Assembly: GCA_045120555.1 (NCBI GenBank)
Contig: JBGVEZ010000070.1
Span: 1 to 35,117 of the forward strand
Source of the DNA: Eubacteriales bacterium
GTDB taxonomy: Bacteria; Bacillota; Clostridia; Oscillospirales; CAG-272
DNA: 35,117 nt
Direction: 5' to 3'
Shown: piece after piece, positions 19,867 to 28,002 of the stretch
How the letters are laid out: the number at the start of each line of letters is the position of its first letter
Position numbering within the stretch: the stretch's first letter is position 1
The notes under the pieces: generated by a model
Databases searched by the model: none
Seen by the model: only the letters and a program-made list of their open reading frames with translations
What the model was told of the DNA's origin: nothing
Program-made: the position numbers and the translations under genes

Positions 19867-21291
19867 TCAGTTTTTTACAAATTTCTTGAAGAATTCAACG
19901 ATGCCGTTTTTCTTTTCCGCAGACTTTTGCACAGCGGGAGCTTCCGTTGCTTCGGGTGCCACGTGCGCTTCGTTCTGCTTTTTTCTCTCGTCTTTTTTCG
20001 GCTTTGATTTTGCCTGCGACGGCTTTTTGCGAGTGCAGTTGTTCTTCTTGCGGCATTCCTTTGATTTATCGTCGTCGGTGTCCTTCTTTGCCATTTCAAA
20101 TGCCTCGTCAAAGGTTACCGATTGAGTTTTGGGCATGGCATTTACGGCATTTATTATCTCAGTGCTCTTTCGATCCTCGGACGGATCGTTTATGTAGCAA
20201 TTCGGGAAGATCTTTTCCCAAAGAATTCGGCAGGAATGGGTATCTGCCATAGACGTGTGGGCAGTTCCGCTCCATTCGATTCCGAAATACTCTGTTGCGG
20301 ATACAAGAGAGGATTTATTGATGTCAGGCTCGTATTCGGAGATGTATCTAACGTATTCCTTTGCGCAGTCGCGAAGCTTCGGAATAAGCTTTTCACGTTC
20401 TTCTTCGGTAAATATCTCCTTTATATGAGCGTAGTCGGTAGCGATTCCGTACGCTACGATTATTTCGGATTCGAGGAAGATCTTTTTGATCTTAGGTGTG
20501 ATCTCCGAAAGAAAGGGAGCGTATTTTGTCATTTTGGGAGTTATGCCGTGAATTTTGACGGTTGCGTTCCACTGTCTTCTCTTTTCGGGGCGGACGATGG
20601 TGTCCATGATCTCATTTCCCCAGCCGTCGGTTATGCTTACTGAAATAATTTCATCATAAGGATAAACGCCTGTAAGCTCAAGATCAAAGAAAATTGCCTT
20701 TCCGCGGTCAACTCCGGTTACCGATTGGCGATATATATCTCCCTGCTTTCTGCGCTTTAGCATATCCTTTTCATAGCACCTTCTGCAGAGCTTGTTGCGG
20801 AATCTGTCCTCCTTACCGCATCTTACGCAAAGCATGGCGCGGCGCACGCAGGTACGGATGTCGTAAAGATATTCATAGCTGACCTCTCCGTCATCTCCCG
20901 CCTTATGCATATAAGCGACCGGTGCTTCAACTACGGCAAGGTGGAGGGATTCAAGATAGTCTTTTGTATGATAGCCCATTGTTTCCGCACTGTCACGGTC
21001 CACAAGCGGAACTGCAGAGCCGTCGGGCAGGGTGAGTGAGCCTTCCTCGTTTCCATTTTCGGGATACCAAAGCTCGGCGGGGGTTACGGTAACGTTATCC
21101 GGACTGAAATAGAATTTCAAAGTTCCGTTGTCGATATATTCAAATGCTACGGGATCCTGTGTAGGCATTAAATGGAGCGTTGCAAGCTCGGAGCGTGTAA
21201 GGCAAGCCTTTGATGCTCCACCGTGCTTTACGGAATTTACCGTTTTGCCGGAATGGAGCTTTATGGACTGCGTTTCTTTTTCGATATTCAA
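19867..21291 (-). CDS. DEDDh 3'-5' exonuclease with N-terminal repeats, a Cys4 Zn-finger and a Lys-rich tail
   Basis: ExoI FFDLELTG, IHGIT, ExoII AYGIATD, ExoIII HTSMAD; CVRC-x10-CRRC; TTG start uncertain. Confidence 0.8.
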   Translation of the reverse strand: MNIEKETQSIKLHSGKTVNSVKHGGASKACLTRSELATLHLMPTQDPVAFEYIDNGTLKFYFSPDNVTVTPAELWYPENGNEEGSLTLPDGSAVPLVDRDSAETMGYHTKDYLESLHLAVVEAPVAYMHKAGDDGEVSYEYLYDIRTCVRRAMLCVRCGKEDRFRNKLCRRCYEKDMLKRRKQGDIYRQSVTGVDRGKAIFFDLELTGVYPYDEIISVSITDGWGNEIMDTIVRPEKRRQWNATVKIHGITPKMTKYAPFLSEITPKIKKIFLESEIIVAYGIATDYAHIKEIFTEEEREKLIPKLRDCAKEYVRYISEYEPDINKSSLVSATEYFGIEWSGTAHTSMADTHSCRILWEKIFPNCYINDPSEDRKSTEIINAVNAMPKTQSVTFDEAFEMAKKDTDDDKSKECRKKNNCTRKKPSQAKSKPKKDERKKQNEAHVAPEATEAPAVQKSAEKKNGIVEFFKKFVKN

Positions 21292-21329
21292 GGTGAGATG
21301 ACCTTTCTTAATATATTTATTTGTGAATT

Positions 21330-23030
21330 TTAATCGTTGAATGTGAAAGTCTCGTCCGGATCAAGGAGTGCGACTTTAAAGGCCTCTGTGACGGTGGGAC
21401 GCTTGATCCGCAATGCGCGGTCATAATCTAAGGATGAGAAAATGATTTCCACGTTTTTAAGTTTTTTGTGCGGTAATAGGACGGAGTTTATTCTTGATAT
21501 CGTTTCAAGGGTGGATTTTTTTGCATGCGCGCTTCCGTAATATTCCGTAAAGGCAGGATCGGGACGAACCTTTGCCGAAAGCACAGTTCTTCCGTCGGAG
21601 AGCTTTTCGGGGAAAACGTATGCCTCCGCGATTCCGTATTCGGTCGATATAACGCGCTCTATCTGCTCGGGGCAGATAATGCGGTTGTTGTATTCGGATA
21701 CGTATGCGTTATAATCCTTGCCAAAGAGAGTGAGTGTTCTGTTCTCATCAATGATTCCGTAATCATTGGTGTCAAGCCATTCTCCGACAGGAGTGCCGTT
21801 TGCATATCGGTTGCTTACTCTGCTTCCTGATATGAGAAGCCTTCCGAAGCTTTCGCCCTTTACGGATGATGATACGATATTTACATCTGTCGGGATATAA
21901 CTTTTTTCTCCGCTTCCGGGAGCAAAGGGGGATTTCAGGGCAGCGACAGGACATTCCGCGGTTCCGTAAACGTTTATTATCGGAATTCCGAATGCACGCA
22001 TACCGTGGTCTATTCTTTCCGTAAGCATGTTGCCGGAGGAAATAATGAAATTGAGGCTGTCTCCGAAAATCGCACGAAGCTCGTCCATTATATTCTGCTT
22101 CAAGCCTCTTCTGATCTGACCGGCTTTATTTACAAGCTTTATGTAGTTTTGCGCGTTTTCAACCTTACCCTCGGCAATCAGCTTTCTCCACATCATAGTA
22201 TAGAAGTTGGAAATAATGTGAGGTGCAACAACCGTTATGGTCGGCTTTTCCTCACGGATATCTGCGGCGATTATATCTGATTTGCCGGAAAGCTGTGTGG
22301 AATAGATTACCGATGCGCCTCTTGACATAGGAAAGAAAAGTCCGCAATAGATCTCATAATAAAGAGACATATGAGAAAGGGACAGGAAACGGTCGGAGTA
22401 AGAAATGTAAACCTCGTTTCTTATAAGGCTTACGTTTTCGTAGATCTGTCTGTTGGTACAAACGATAGCTTGGTTATTTTTGCTGTTTCCGGATTTGAAG
22501 ACTATAATTGCTTCGTCGTTGTTTTCATCGATCTCCGCGTCAACGGGAAGGACGAAAGGATTCGATTCCTTTTCCTTACAAATAAGCGAAAGGATATCGC
22601 TTGTGCAGATCACGGGTATGCCGTTTGGTACAAGGTCAGACTTTGAAAGGTCGCAAATTGCAAACTTAGCGTTGATCTCATTGCACGCAGAAGCAACAGC
22701 TTCTTTTGTAAAAACGTTAGGAAGAATAGCCGGAACACCGATTCCGGATGCAAGCGTCAAAAAAGCAAGCGAGAAAGAGTATGAATTATTGCCTATAAGA
22801 GCAACTCTGTCTCCCTTTTGAATTCCAAAGCGTCTGAAAACGTGTCCGAGATACTTGAAATCTTCGTAAAGCTCGGAATAAGTCCATTTTCTGTATGTGG
22901 ATTTTTCTGTTTCTGTAGCTTTTGTTATCTGCTGCGTGAAAGCGGTATTGTTTCCAAATTCCTTGCTGTTGTTGATGATAAGATCTCTGACTGTTTTGAA
23001 ATCGGAAAATTCCTTCAGTCTTCTTGGCAT
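21330..23030 (-). CDS. AMP-binding (long-chain acyl-CoA synthetase-like) protein with degenerate catalytic motifs
   Basis: TYSEL, GIQKGDRVALIG, YGTAE, ICPEQIE; P-loop reads FKSGNSKNNQAI instead of YTSGTTGxPKGV. Confidence 0.7.
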   Translation of the reverse strand: MPRRLKEFSDFKTVRDLIINNSKEFGNNTAFTQQITKATETEKSTYRKWTYSELYEDFKYLGHVFRRFGIQKGDRVALIGNNSYSFSLAFLTLASGIGVPAILPNVFTKEAVASACNEINAKFAICDLSKSDLVPNGIPVICTSDILSLICKEKESNPFVLPVDAEIDENNDEAIIVFKSGNSKNNQAIVCTNRQIYENVSLIRNEVYISYSDRFLSLSHMSLYYEIYCGLFFPMSRGASVIYSTQLSGKSDIIAADIREEKPTITVVAPHIISNFYTMMWRKLIAEGKVENAQNYIKLVNKAGQIRRGLKQNIMDELRAIFGDSLNFIISSGNMLTERIDHGMRAFGIPIINVYGTAECPVAALKSPFAPGSGEKSYIPTDVNIVSSSVKGESFGRLLISGSRVSNRYANGTPVGEWLDTNDYGIIDENRTLTLFGKDYNAYVSEYNNRIICPEQIERVISTEYGIAEAYVFPEKLSDGRTVLSAKVRPDPAFTEYYGSAHAKKSTLETISRINSVLLPHKKLKNVEIIFSSLDYDRALRIKRPTVTEAFKVALLDPDETFTFND

Positions 23031-23069
23031 GATTATTTCCTTTTCTGTGATACGTGATGATTACTCGAT

Positions 23070-23759
23070 TTATTTTATGAATTCCATGAGCCACGCCTCT
23101 GCGTTGTGCGCGGAGTCTGCGCAGAATTCCGCAAAGGAATCGGGGGCTTCTCCATCTGCGGAGTCTGAGATTGTTCTGACAGCTATGTAGCTTACGTTAT
23201 TTAAAAGAGCAACGTGAGCGATCGCTCCGCTTTCCATTTCGACGCAGGAAGCGCCGAGTGCAATTACCTCGTCCTTGAGATAAGCATTCTGACCGCCTAC
23301 GAATTTATCGGAGGAGGCAATCCTTCCACTGACAACTTTTTTGTTCGGGAAAAGCTTTTTTGCGGTTGCAACTGCTTTTTCACAAAGCTCATTGTCCGGC
23401 TCTATCATGATTTTATTGATCCCGGAGATCATATATTTGGGATCTCCGACAGGGGACGTGTCGACGTCAAACTGAACGTAAGAAGAGCCTACGACAAAAT
23501 CTCCGATGCCAAGCTCTCTTGTGGTCGTTCCCGCAACGCCTATGTTGATGATAAGCTCGGGAGCGTATTTCATTATGATCGCCTGTGTGGTTGCGGCGGC
23601 GTTTACCTTACCTACACCGCTTACGCAGACGACGGCATCCTTAGTGCCGAGCCTTCCGACGCATGCAAGGACAGGTCCTGCCTTTTCCTCGCGCATATCG
23701 GTCATGTTGGCGATAACGCGCTCGGATTCAATTTTCATTGCTGTGATTACTGCTATCAT
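23070..23759 (-). CDS. mtnN: 5'-methylthioadenosine/S-adenosylhomocysteine nucleosidase
   Basis: TAMKIE, SGVGKVNAA, INIGVAG, SSDKFV, VEMESGAIAH, RTISDSAD. Confidence 0.92.
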   Translation of the reverse strand: MIAVITAMKIESERVIANMTDMREEKAGPVLACVGRLGTKDAVVCVSGVGKVNAAATTQAIIMKYAPELIINIGVAGTTTRELGIGDFVVGSSYVQFDVDTSPVGDPKYMISGINKIMIEPDNELCEKAVATAKKLFPNKKVVSGRIASSDKFVGGQNAYLKDEVIALGASCVEMESGAIAHVALLNNVSYIAVRTISDSADGEAPDSFAEFCADSAHNAEAWLMEFIK

Positions 23760-23782
23760 TTTTATTTCTGCCTCACTGCTTT

Positions 23783-24325
23783 TTATATGCTTACCGTTGT
23801 CATTACGGTGGCGGTGTTATAATACTTTAATATTCTCAGGGTTCTGTTGGTTGCTTCAAAGAAAAATACGCATTTTTTTCCTTTTTCATCGGTGAAAAGA
23901 GCAAAATAAGGGGAGGATGGATTTTTGTCCGAGGAAAAAGCATTGTATTCAACGGTTGCCTTATATGCGGCGATTTCTTTTCTGTGTTCGTTATCGTACG
24001 GAGCGATAACGTCAAAGGAGGATATACGTATTGAAAATTTTTCCTTGCGTCTTCTTCCGCCGTAGATCTCGGAAAAGGTTATGTTACCGCCGATCATGGC
24101 GTATTCGTGCTCCACGCTGAAATAGGGCCACGTGAAATACACGAGCATCCATATTGTAACAGGAGCAAACGCAAAAAGGACGAAGAGCTTTGAGGCGTAT
24201 ACGACAATGAATTCGAGAATACCGAAAAGAAAGTATCCTATAAGGGCAAGCACTCTTTTTACGGCGTATGAGCCCTCTATCTCCTTTGCTACGACGTATT
24301 CGTATGAGTCTGACATTGCAGCCAT
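23783..24325 (-). CDS. Conserved membrane protein (DUF6106-like)
   Basis: N-terminal YEYVV, two TM helices, VEHEY...FSEIYG.RRRK, VFFFE. Confidence 0.6.
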   Translation of the reverse strand: MAAMSDSYEYVVAKEIEGSYAVKRVLALIGYFLFGILEFIVVYASKLFVLFAFAPVTIWMLVYFTWPYFSVEHEYAMIGGNITFSEIYGGRRRKEKFSIRISSFDVIAPYDNEHRKEIAAYKATVEYNAFSSDKNPSSPYFALFTDEKGKKCVFFFEATNRTLRILKYYNTATVMTTVSI

Positions 24326-24444
24326 GGCATTACCTGCTTTCTTTTTACTTTGGTGAAGAGTCCCGATTCTTAAAATGTATTTCGTGATTTATCCCGCCCC
24401 CAGAGAAATGAGGTCGGGATAAACTTATGCTTTGATCATATTTT

Positions 24445-25530
24445 TCAGCCTTGCGCGCTTGTTTCGGGAGCGTCGGGATTAACGGTAATGGGCTCTCCCG
24501 TAGTAACGAAGACGTTGCCGACCTTAACCGTTATCTTAATGGAATTCGGAGCAAAATCGGAATCAGCAGAGGTTTCGCCCTCCTCTGTCTCTGTTTCTAC
24601 AGGTTCTCCGTTTTCGTCGGTTTCAGGAGTCTCGTCCTCGTCGGGAGCAAGGTCAACGGCGAATTTTCCGGATGTGATTATTTCTTCGTTGAGCTTGAGT
24701 CTGCCGTCGATTGCCTTGAATACAACGTCGAAGCCCTCAAACGTATTCGCAACGTGATCGTAGGTAACGTCGCCGTTGTCGACCGATACCTCAAGGGCAC
24801 GCGTGATGGGGCAGTTCTTGATATCAACGGGAGCAACACCTGCCTTGACCGTGAGAACGTAAAGGCTTGAGTCTTCAACAAGCACAGAGCCATTATCGAG
24901 TGAAAGTGTAAGCGAGGAATCCTTCGCTATATTCTTTACCGAGATATCACCCGAGCTTGCGGTAAGATTTATGTCGCAGGTTTTATTGAGATTTTCAACG
25001 GTAATGCTGCCGTTATTTACCGTGCAGGATATGTTTGTAACGTTCGTATCGTCGCGCAGATACACAACAACCTGTCTTTCGAGCTTTGCGTATTCAAAGT
25101 AGAAAAGAAGGTTACGGAAGCCCTTGAAATTGATACCGGAGCTGCTGAAGGACACCATCTTGAGAAGACCCGTAAGGTCGTCGAGGGAAAGTGCACCGCC
25201 AACGCTTGTTTTGTAGGAGTAAACGCCCTCTGTGAAATTGTAGAGCTCTATCTTGTTTACATCCTGACCGCCCTTTATAACAACGTCAACGTTCTGGAAG
25301 TTAAATTCCATTTTCTTGATATTGTTCTTGCTTGAAGAATGATCGGGGTTTTCACCCTCGGCAAGTCCGAAGTATTTCGTTGTAACGAAGTTACCTTCCT
25401 CGTTTTCGACGGATTCAAAGAGAACCTCTCCCGATTCCTCTGCCATTGTCATTGCGGACAAGCAGAGCATACCGCCTACGCAGGCGATAAGTATCGAAAT
25501 AATTAAAAATATTACTGATGTTGGACGCAT
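24445..25530 (-). CDS. DUF4097 (beta-strand repeat) membrane-anchored protein
   Basis: N-terminal TM helix; repeated [NS]G[SD][IV]x[VI] units (NNGSITV, SSGDISV, DNGSVLV, DNGDVT); start set to ATG 25530 after an AAAGGA RBS. Confidence 0.65.
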   Translation of the reverse strand: MRPTSVIFLIISILIACVGGMLCLSAMTMAEESGEVLFESVENEEGNFVTTKYFGLAEGENPDHSSSKNNIKKMEFNFQNVDVVIKGGQDVNKIELYNFTEGVYSYKTSVGGALSLDDLTGLLKMVSFSSSGINFKGFRNLLFYFEYAKLERQVVVYLRDDTNVTNISCTVNNGSITVENLNKTCDINLTASSGDISVKNIAKDSSLTLSLDNGSVLVEDSSLYVLTVKAGVAPVDIKNCPITRALEVSVDNGDVTYDHVANTFEGFDVVFKAIDGRLKLNEEIITSGKFAVDLAPDEDETPETDENGEPVETETEEGETSADSDFAPNSIKITVKVGNVFVTTGEPITVNPDAPETSAQG

Positions 25531-25566
25531 ATAGCAAGATCCTTTCTTAAATTCCAAAAAGTAAGA

Positions 25567-26721
25567 TCATATCTTACGGCAAAGTGCCTTAAGCTTGATA
25601 AGTGCATTCTTAAAGAGCTTGAAGATGAGTATAAGAAGCACGCCGAGCTTTTTGATTATGAACGGAATAAATCTGATTGCGAAATTGTATACCCAGATTC
25701 CGATAAACATTACGATACCGCCAACGCAGAGTGCGAGACCGACCTCGAAGAGAGCGGCTGCGGCGTTACCCGAAAATGCTTCTATTATTCCGAAAATAAG
25801 TCCCATAACCGCATATGCCGTTCCTGCGACAACTATCGCGGCAAGCGCGAGCAGGAGAACTGCAATAACGACCGCAAGGCCGACCCAGAGTCCAAGAATG
25901 ACCGCGAACGCGGCAGCTCCGATCACGCAGAAAAGCGGAATAATGAATATCGCCATAACGATAAAGAGCCAGCTGTTCTTGGATTCCTCCTCGTCAAAGA
26001 AGAGATCCACGGTTTCGCTTGTAAGTCTTACGGGCTTTTTATCTCCGGAATTTTCGGAGGAGTGCTTTTTTGAGTCGTTTATACGTCGCTTGCTTGTGGG
26101 AGAGTAAACGGAAACGTCATCGTCGGCGTCTTCGCTTTCCGTAGTGGCTTCTGCAGTCTCCTCGAAATTTTGGGTAGCGTTTTCTGCCTCGTCAAACGAT
26201 TTGATATCGTCGGCACCCTCACTGTATACAAAGTCGTCATCGGTAACTACGGTGTCATCGGTTACGGGTGTGGGCTCCTCAGTGGGATCGGAGATCTCGT
26301 CATCCTTGACCTCGTCGCCAAAATCAACGTCGATCTCCTCGGTGATGTTGGAGGCGTCAGATTCTTCAACCGCCTCCTCGGAAGGATCAGCCGTATCCTG
26401 TTCCTCTGAAAGCGGAGACATAGCGTCCTTGCCCTCTTTTATCGTGGTTTCTACGGTGTCGCTTTCTGTGTCGATCACCATAACCTCACTTTTCGCGCCG
26501 GCATCCTCATCGGTTTCCGCGCGGAGCATGTTATAGATATTTTCAGCGATTGAAGCCGGGGGGATTTTTGAAAGAGCATCGTTGATGTAATCCTCGTTTT
26601 CGGCACGCTCGCTCAGCTGGCTTTTGAATTTGGATACGTTTTCCTCTGCGACCTCATCTGAAAGACCGCGCGCCTTGAGCTCGGTAAGAAGCGCCTCAAA
26701 GAATTCGCTTTGAACAGACAT
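25567..26721 (-). CDS. DUF1700-like membrane protein with a long acidic linker
   Basis: HAAS/DUF1700-like N-terminal helices (EFFEAL..EL...L....E...P..IA..I), a long D/E-rich segment, C-terminal TM helices; upstream of the DUF4097 gene; ATG 26721 after AAAGGA. Confidence 0.6.
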   Translation of the reverse strand: MSVQSEFFEALLTELKARGLSDEVAEENVSKFKSQLSERAENEDYINDALSKIPPASIAENIYNMLRAETDEDAGAKSEVMVIDTESDTVETTIKEGKDAMSPLSEEQDTADPSEEAVEESDASNITEEIDVDFGDEVKDDEISDPTEEPTPVTDDTVVTDDDFVYSEGADDIKSFDEAENATQNFEETAEATTESEDADDDVSVYSPTSKRRINDSKKHSSENSGDKKPVRLTSETVDLFFDEEESKNSWLFIVMAIFIIPLFCVIGAAAFAVILGLWVGLAVVIAVLLLALAAIVVAGTAYAVMGLIFGIIEAFSGNAAAALFEVGLALCVGGIVMFIGIWVYNFAIRFIPFIIKKLGVLLILIFKLFKNALIKLKALCRKI

Positions 26722-26761
26722 ATGCAATGTTCCTTTCTTTAGGTGAATTTTCGTCGGGTAC

Positions 26762-26790
26762 TTGACCTCGACAGCTTTTTGTGGTATAAT
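26762..26790 (+). promoter_or_regulatory. SigA-type promoter for trmB
   Basis: TTGACC-17 nt-TATAAT with extended -10 TG. Confidence 0.75.
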
Positions 26791-26854
26791 ATGTTAGTAT
26801 GAGCAACTATGAATTGCTTAGAGTCAAATACTATAAAAAGACTATATATATAAT

Positions 26855-26883
26855 ATTATACCACAGAACAGGAAAAAAATCAA
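26855..26883 (-). promoter_or_regulatory. SigA-type promoter for the DUF1700-DUF4097 unit
   Basis: Minus strand TTGATT-17 nt-TATAAT with extended -10 TG. Confidence 0.7.
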
Positions 26884-26884
26884 T

Positions 26885-27550
26885 ATGAGAATGAGAAAAA
26901 AACGTAACGGAAGTGAAAGAATTTTAGCATGTTCGGACATATTGGTGCCGAAAGAAACTGAATTCACGGAAATTTTACAAATGTTTGGCGATCAAAACAG
27001 AACATTACGCCTTGAGATCGGATGCGGAAAGGGCAGCTTTGCGGTCGGAAGCGCGAAGAAGGAGAAGGACGTTAATTTTCTTGCCGTTGAGCGCGTTGCT
27101 GACGTTGCCTGCCTTGCGCTTGAAAAGGCAAAGAAGGCAGAGGCTGACGGTGAGCTTGACGGAACGAATCTTCGCTTCTACATAGGAAACGCGGACGAGC
27201 TTCTTGAGAGGATACCCGACGGAGCACTTGAAATGATCTATCTTAATTTCAGTGATCCGTGGCCGAAGACGGGATATGCAAAGAGAAGGCTTACCCATTC
27301 GAGATACCTTACACAGTACAAGCGCATACTTATGGAGGGCGGCGAGCTTCGTATGAAGACGGACAACGACGGTCTTTTCGAGTTCACTCTTGAGGAGCTT
27401 GCTGCGTCAGGATGCTTTGATATATATATGCAGACCACCGATCTTCACGCAAGCGAATACGCGGCGGACAACGTTGTTACCGAATACGAGCGCAACTTCT
27501 CCGAGAAGGGAAAGAACATCAACGCGGTATTTGCCAAGATAGTAAAATAA
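26885..27550 (+). CDS. trmB: tRNA (guanine-N7)-methyltransferase
   Basis: MRMRKK, LEIGCGKG, YLNFSDPWPK, KRRLTH, KTDN, TEYE. Confidence 0.95.
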   Translation: MRMRKKRNGSERILACSDILVPKETEFTEILQMFGDQNRTLRLEIGCGKGSFAVGSAKKEKDVNFLAVERVADVACLALEKAKKAEADGELDGTNLRFYIGNADELLERIPDGALEMIYLNFSDPWPKTGYAKRRLTHSRYLTQYKRILMEGGELRMKTDNDGLFEFTLEELAASGCFDIYMQTTDLHASEYAADNVVTEYERNFSEKGKNINAVFAKIVK

Positions 27551-27582
27551 CCGCCAAGAACCTTTAAGAAGGAAAAAAATCC

Positions 27583-27609
27583 GTAGGGACCGGCGTCCTT
27601 GACGGTCCG
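27583..27609 (+). repeat. GTAG-type REP-like palindrome
   Basis: GTAG-GGACCG-GCGTCCTTGA-CGGTCC-G: a GTAG tetranucleotide followed by an imperfect hairpin. Confidence 0.6.
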
Positions 27610-27731
27610 CCAGCTTCGCTGGACGTAATTAGCCTTCGCCCCAGCTCCGCTGGACGCAATTAGCCTTCGCCCCAGCTTCGCTGGACGTAATTAGCCTTCG
27701 CCCCAGCTCCGCTGGACGCAATTAGCCTTCG
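27610..27731. repeat. Tandem array of ~4 x 31-bp hairpin-containing units with A-B-A-B variants
   Basis: CCAGCTYCGCTGGACGYAATTAGCCTTCGCC starting at 27610, 27641, 27672 and 27703 (last copy 29 nt); no spacers. Confidence 0.95.
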
Positions 27732-27746
27732 GCGCTGTATCATATG

Positions 27747-27785
27747 GGAGCTTGCAGAAATACGGTTCTGCAAGCTCCTTTTCTC
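27747..27785 (+). terminator. Intrinsic terminator downstream of trmB and the repeats
   Basis: GGAGCTTGCAGAA-ATACGG-TTCTGCAAGCTCC-TTTTCT. Confidence 0.75.
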
Positions 27786-27792
27786 TACGTGA

Positions 27793-27920
27793 GGCTCTCC
27801 CTTTGGGAGAGCTCCTGCGGAGCAGGTGAGAGGGGGGATGAAGAAATCATTGCTTACGTGGCGGCAACTTATACAGCCCTCTCCGCCTCGTTCCTCGGCA
27901 CCTCTCCCGATGGGAGAGGC
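27793..27920. repeat. Pair of oppositely oriented composite palindromic REP-like elements
   Basis: GGCTCTCCCTTTGGGAGAGCTCCTGCGGAGCAGGTGAGAGGG ... CCCTCTCCGCCTCGTTCCTCGGCACCTCTCCCGATGGGAGAGGC; both carry CTCTCCC-NNN-GGGAGAG hairpins. Confidence 0.6.
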
Positions 27921-27966
27921 ACGCCTCATCCACCGCCTCGTGTGTATATGGGAAAGCTGACAAAAC

Positions 27967-27998
27967 AAAAAAGCAGAAGCCGCGGCTTCTGCTTTTTT
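27967..27998. terminator. Perfect 32-bp palindrome, bidirectional terminator
   Basis: AAAAAAGCAGAAGCCGCGGCTTCTGCTTTTTT, 4 nt from the stop codon of the convergent lipoprotein gene. Confidence 0.8.
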
Positions 27999-28002
27999 AT
28001 GA

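Noticed and set aside
24388-24423. TTTATCCCG...CGGGATAAA hairpin as a terminator or riboswitch
   Set aside because: No U-tract on the coding strand and no recognisable aptamer; function cannot be supported.
27610-27731. CRISPR array
   Set aside because: Units are directly abutting with no unique spacers, and there are no cas genes in the window.
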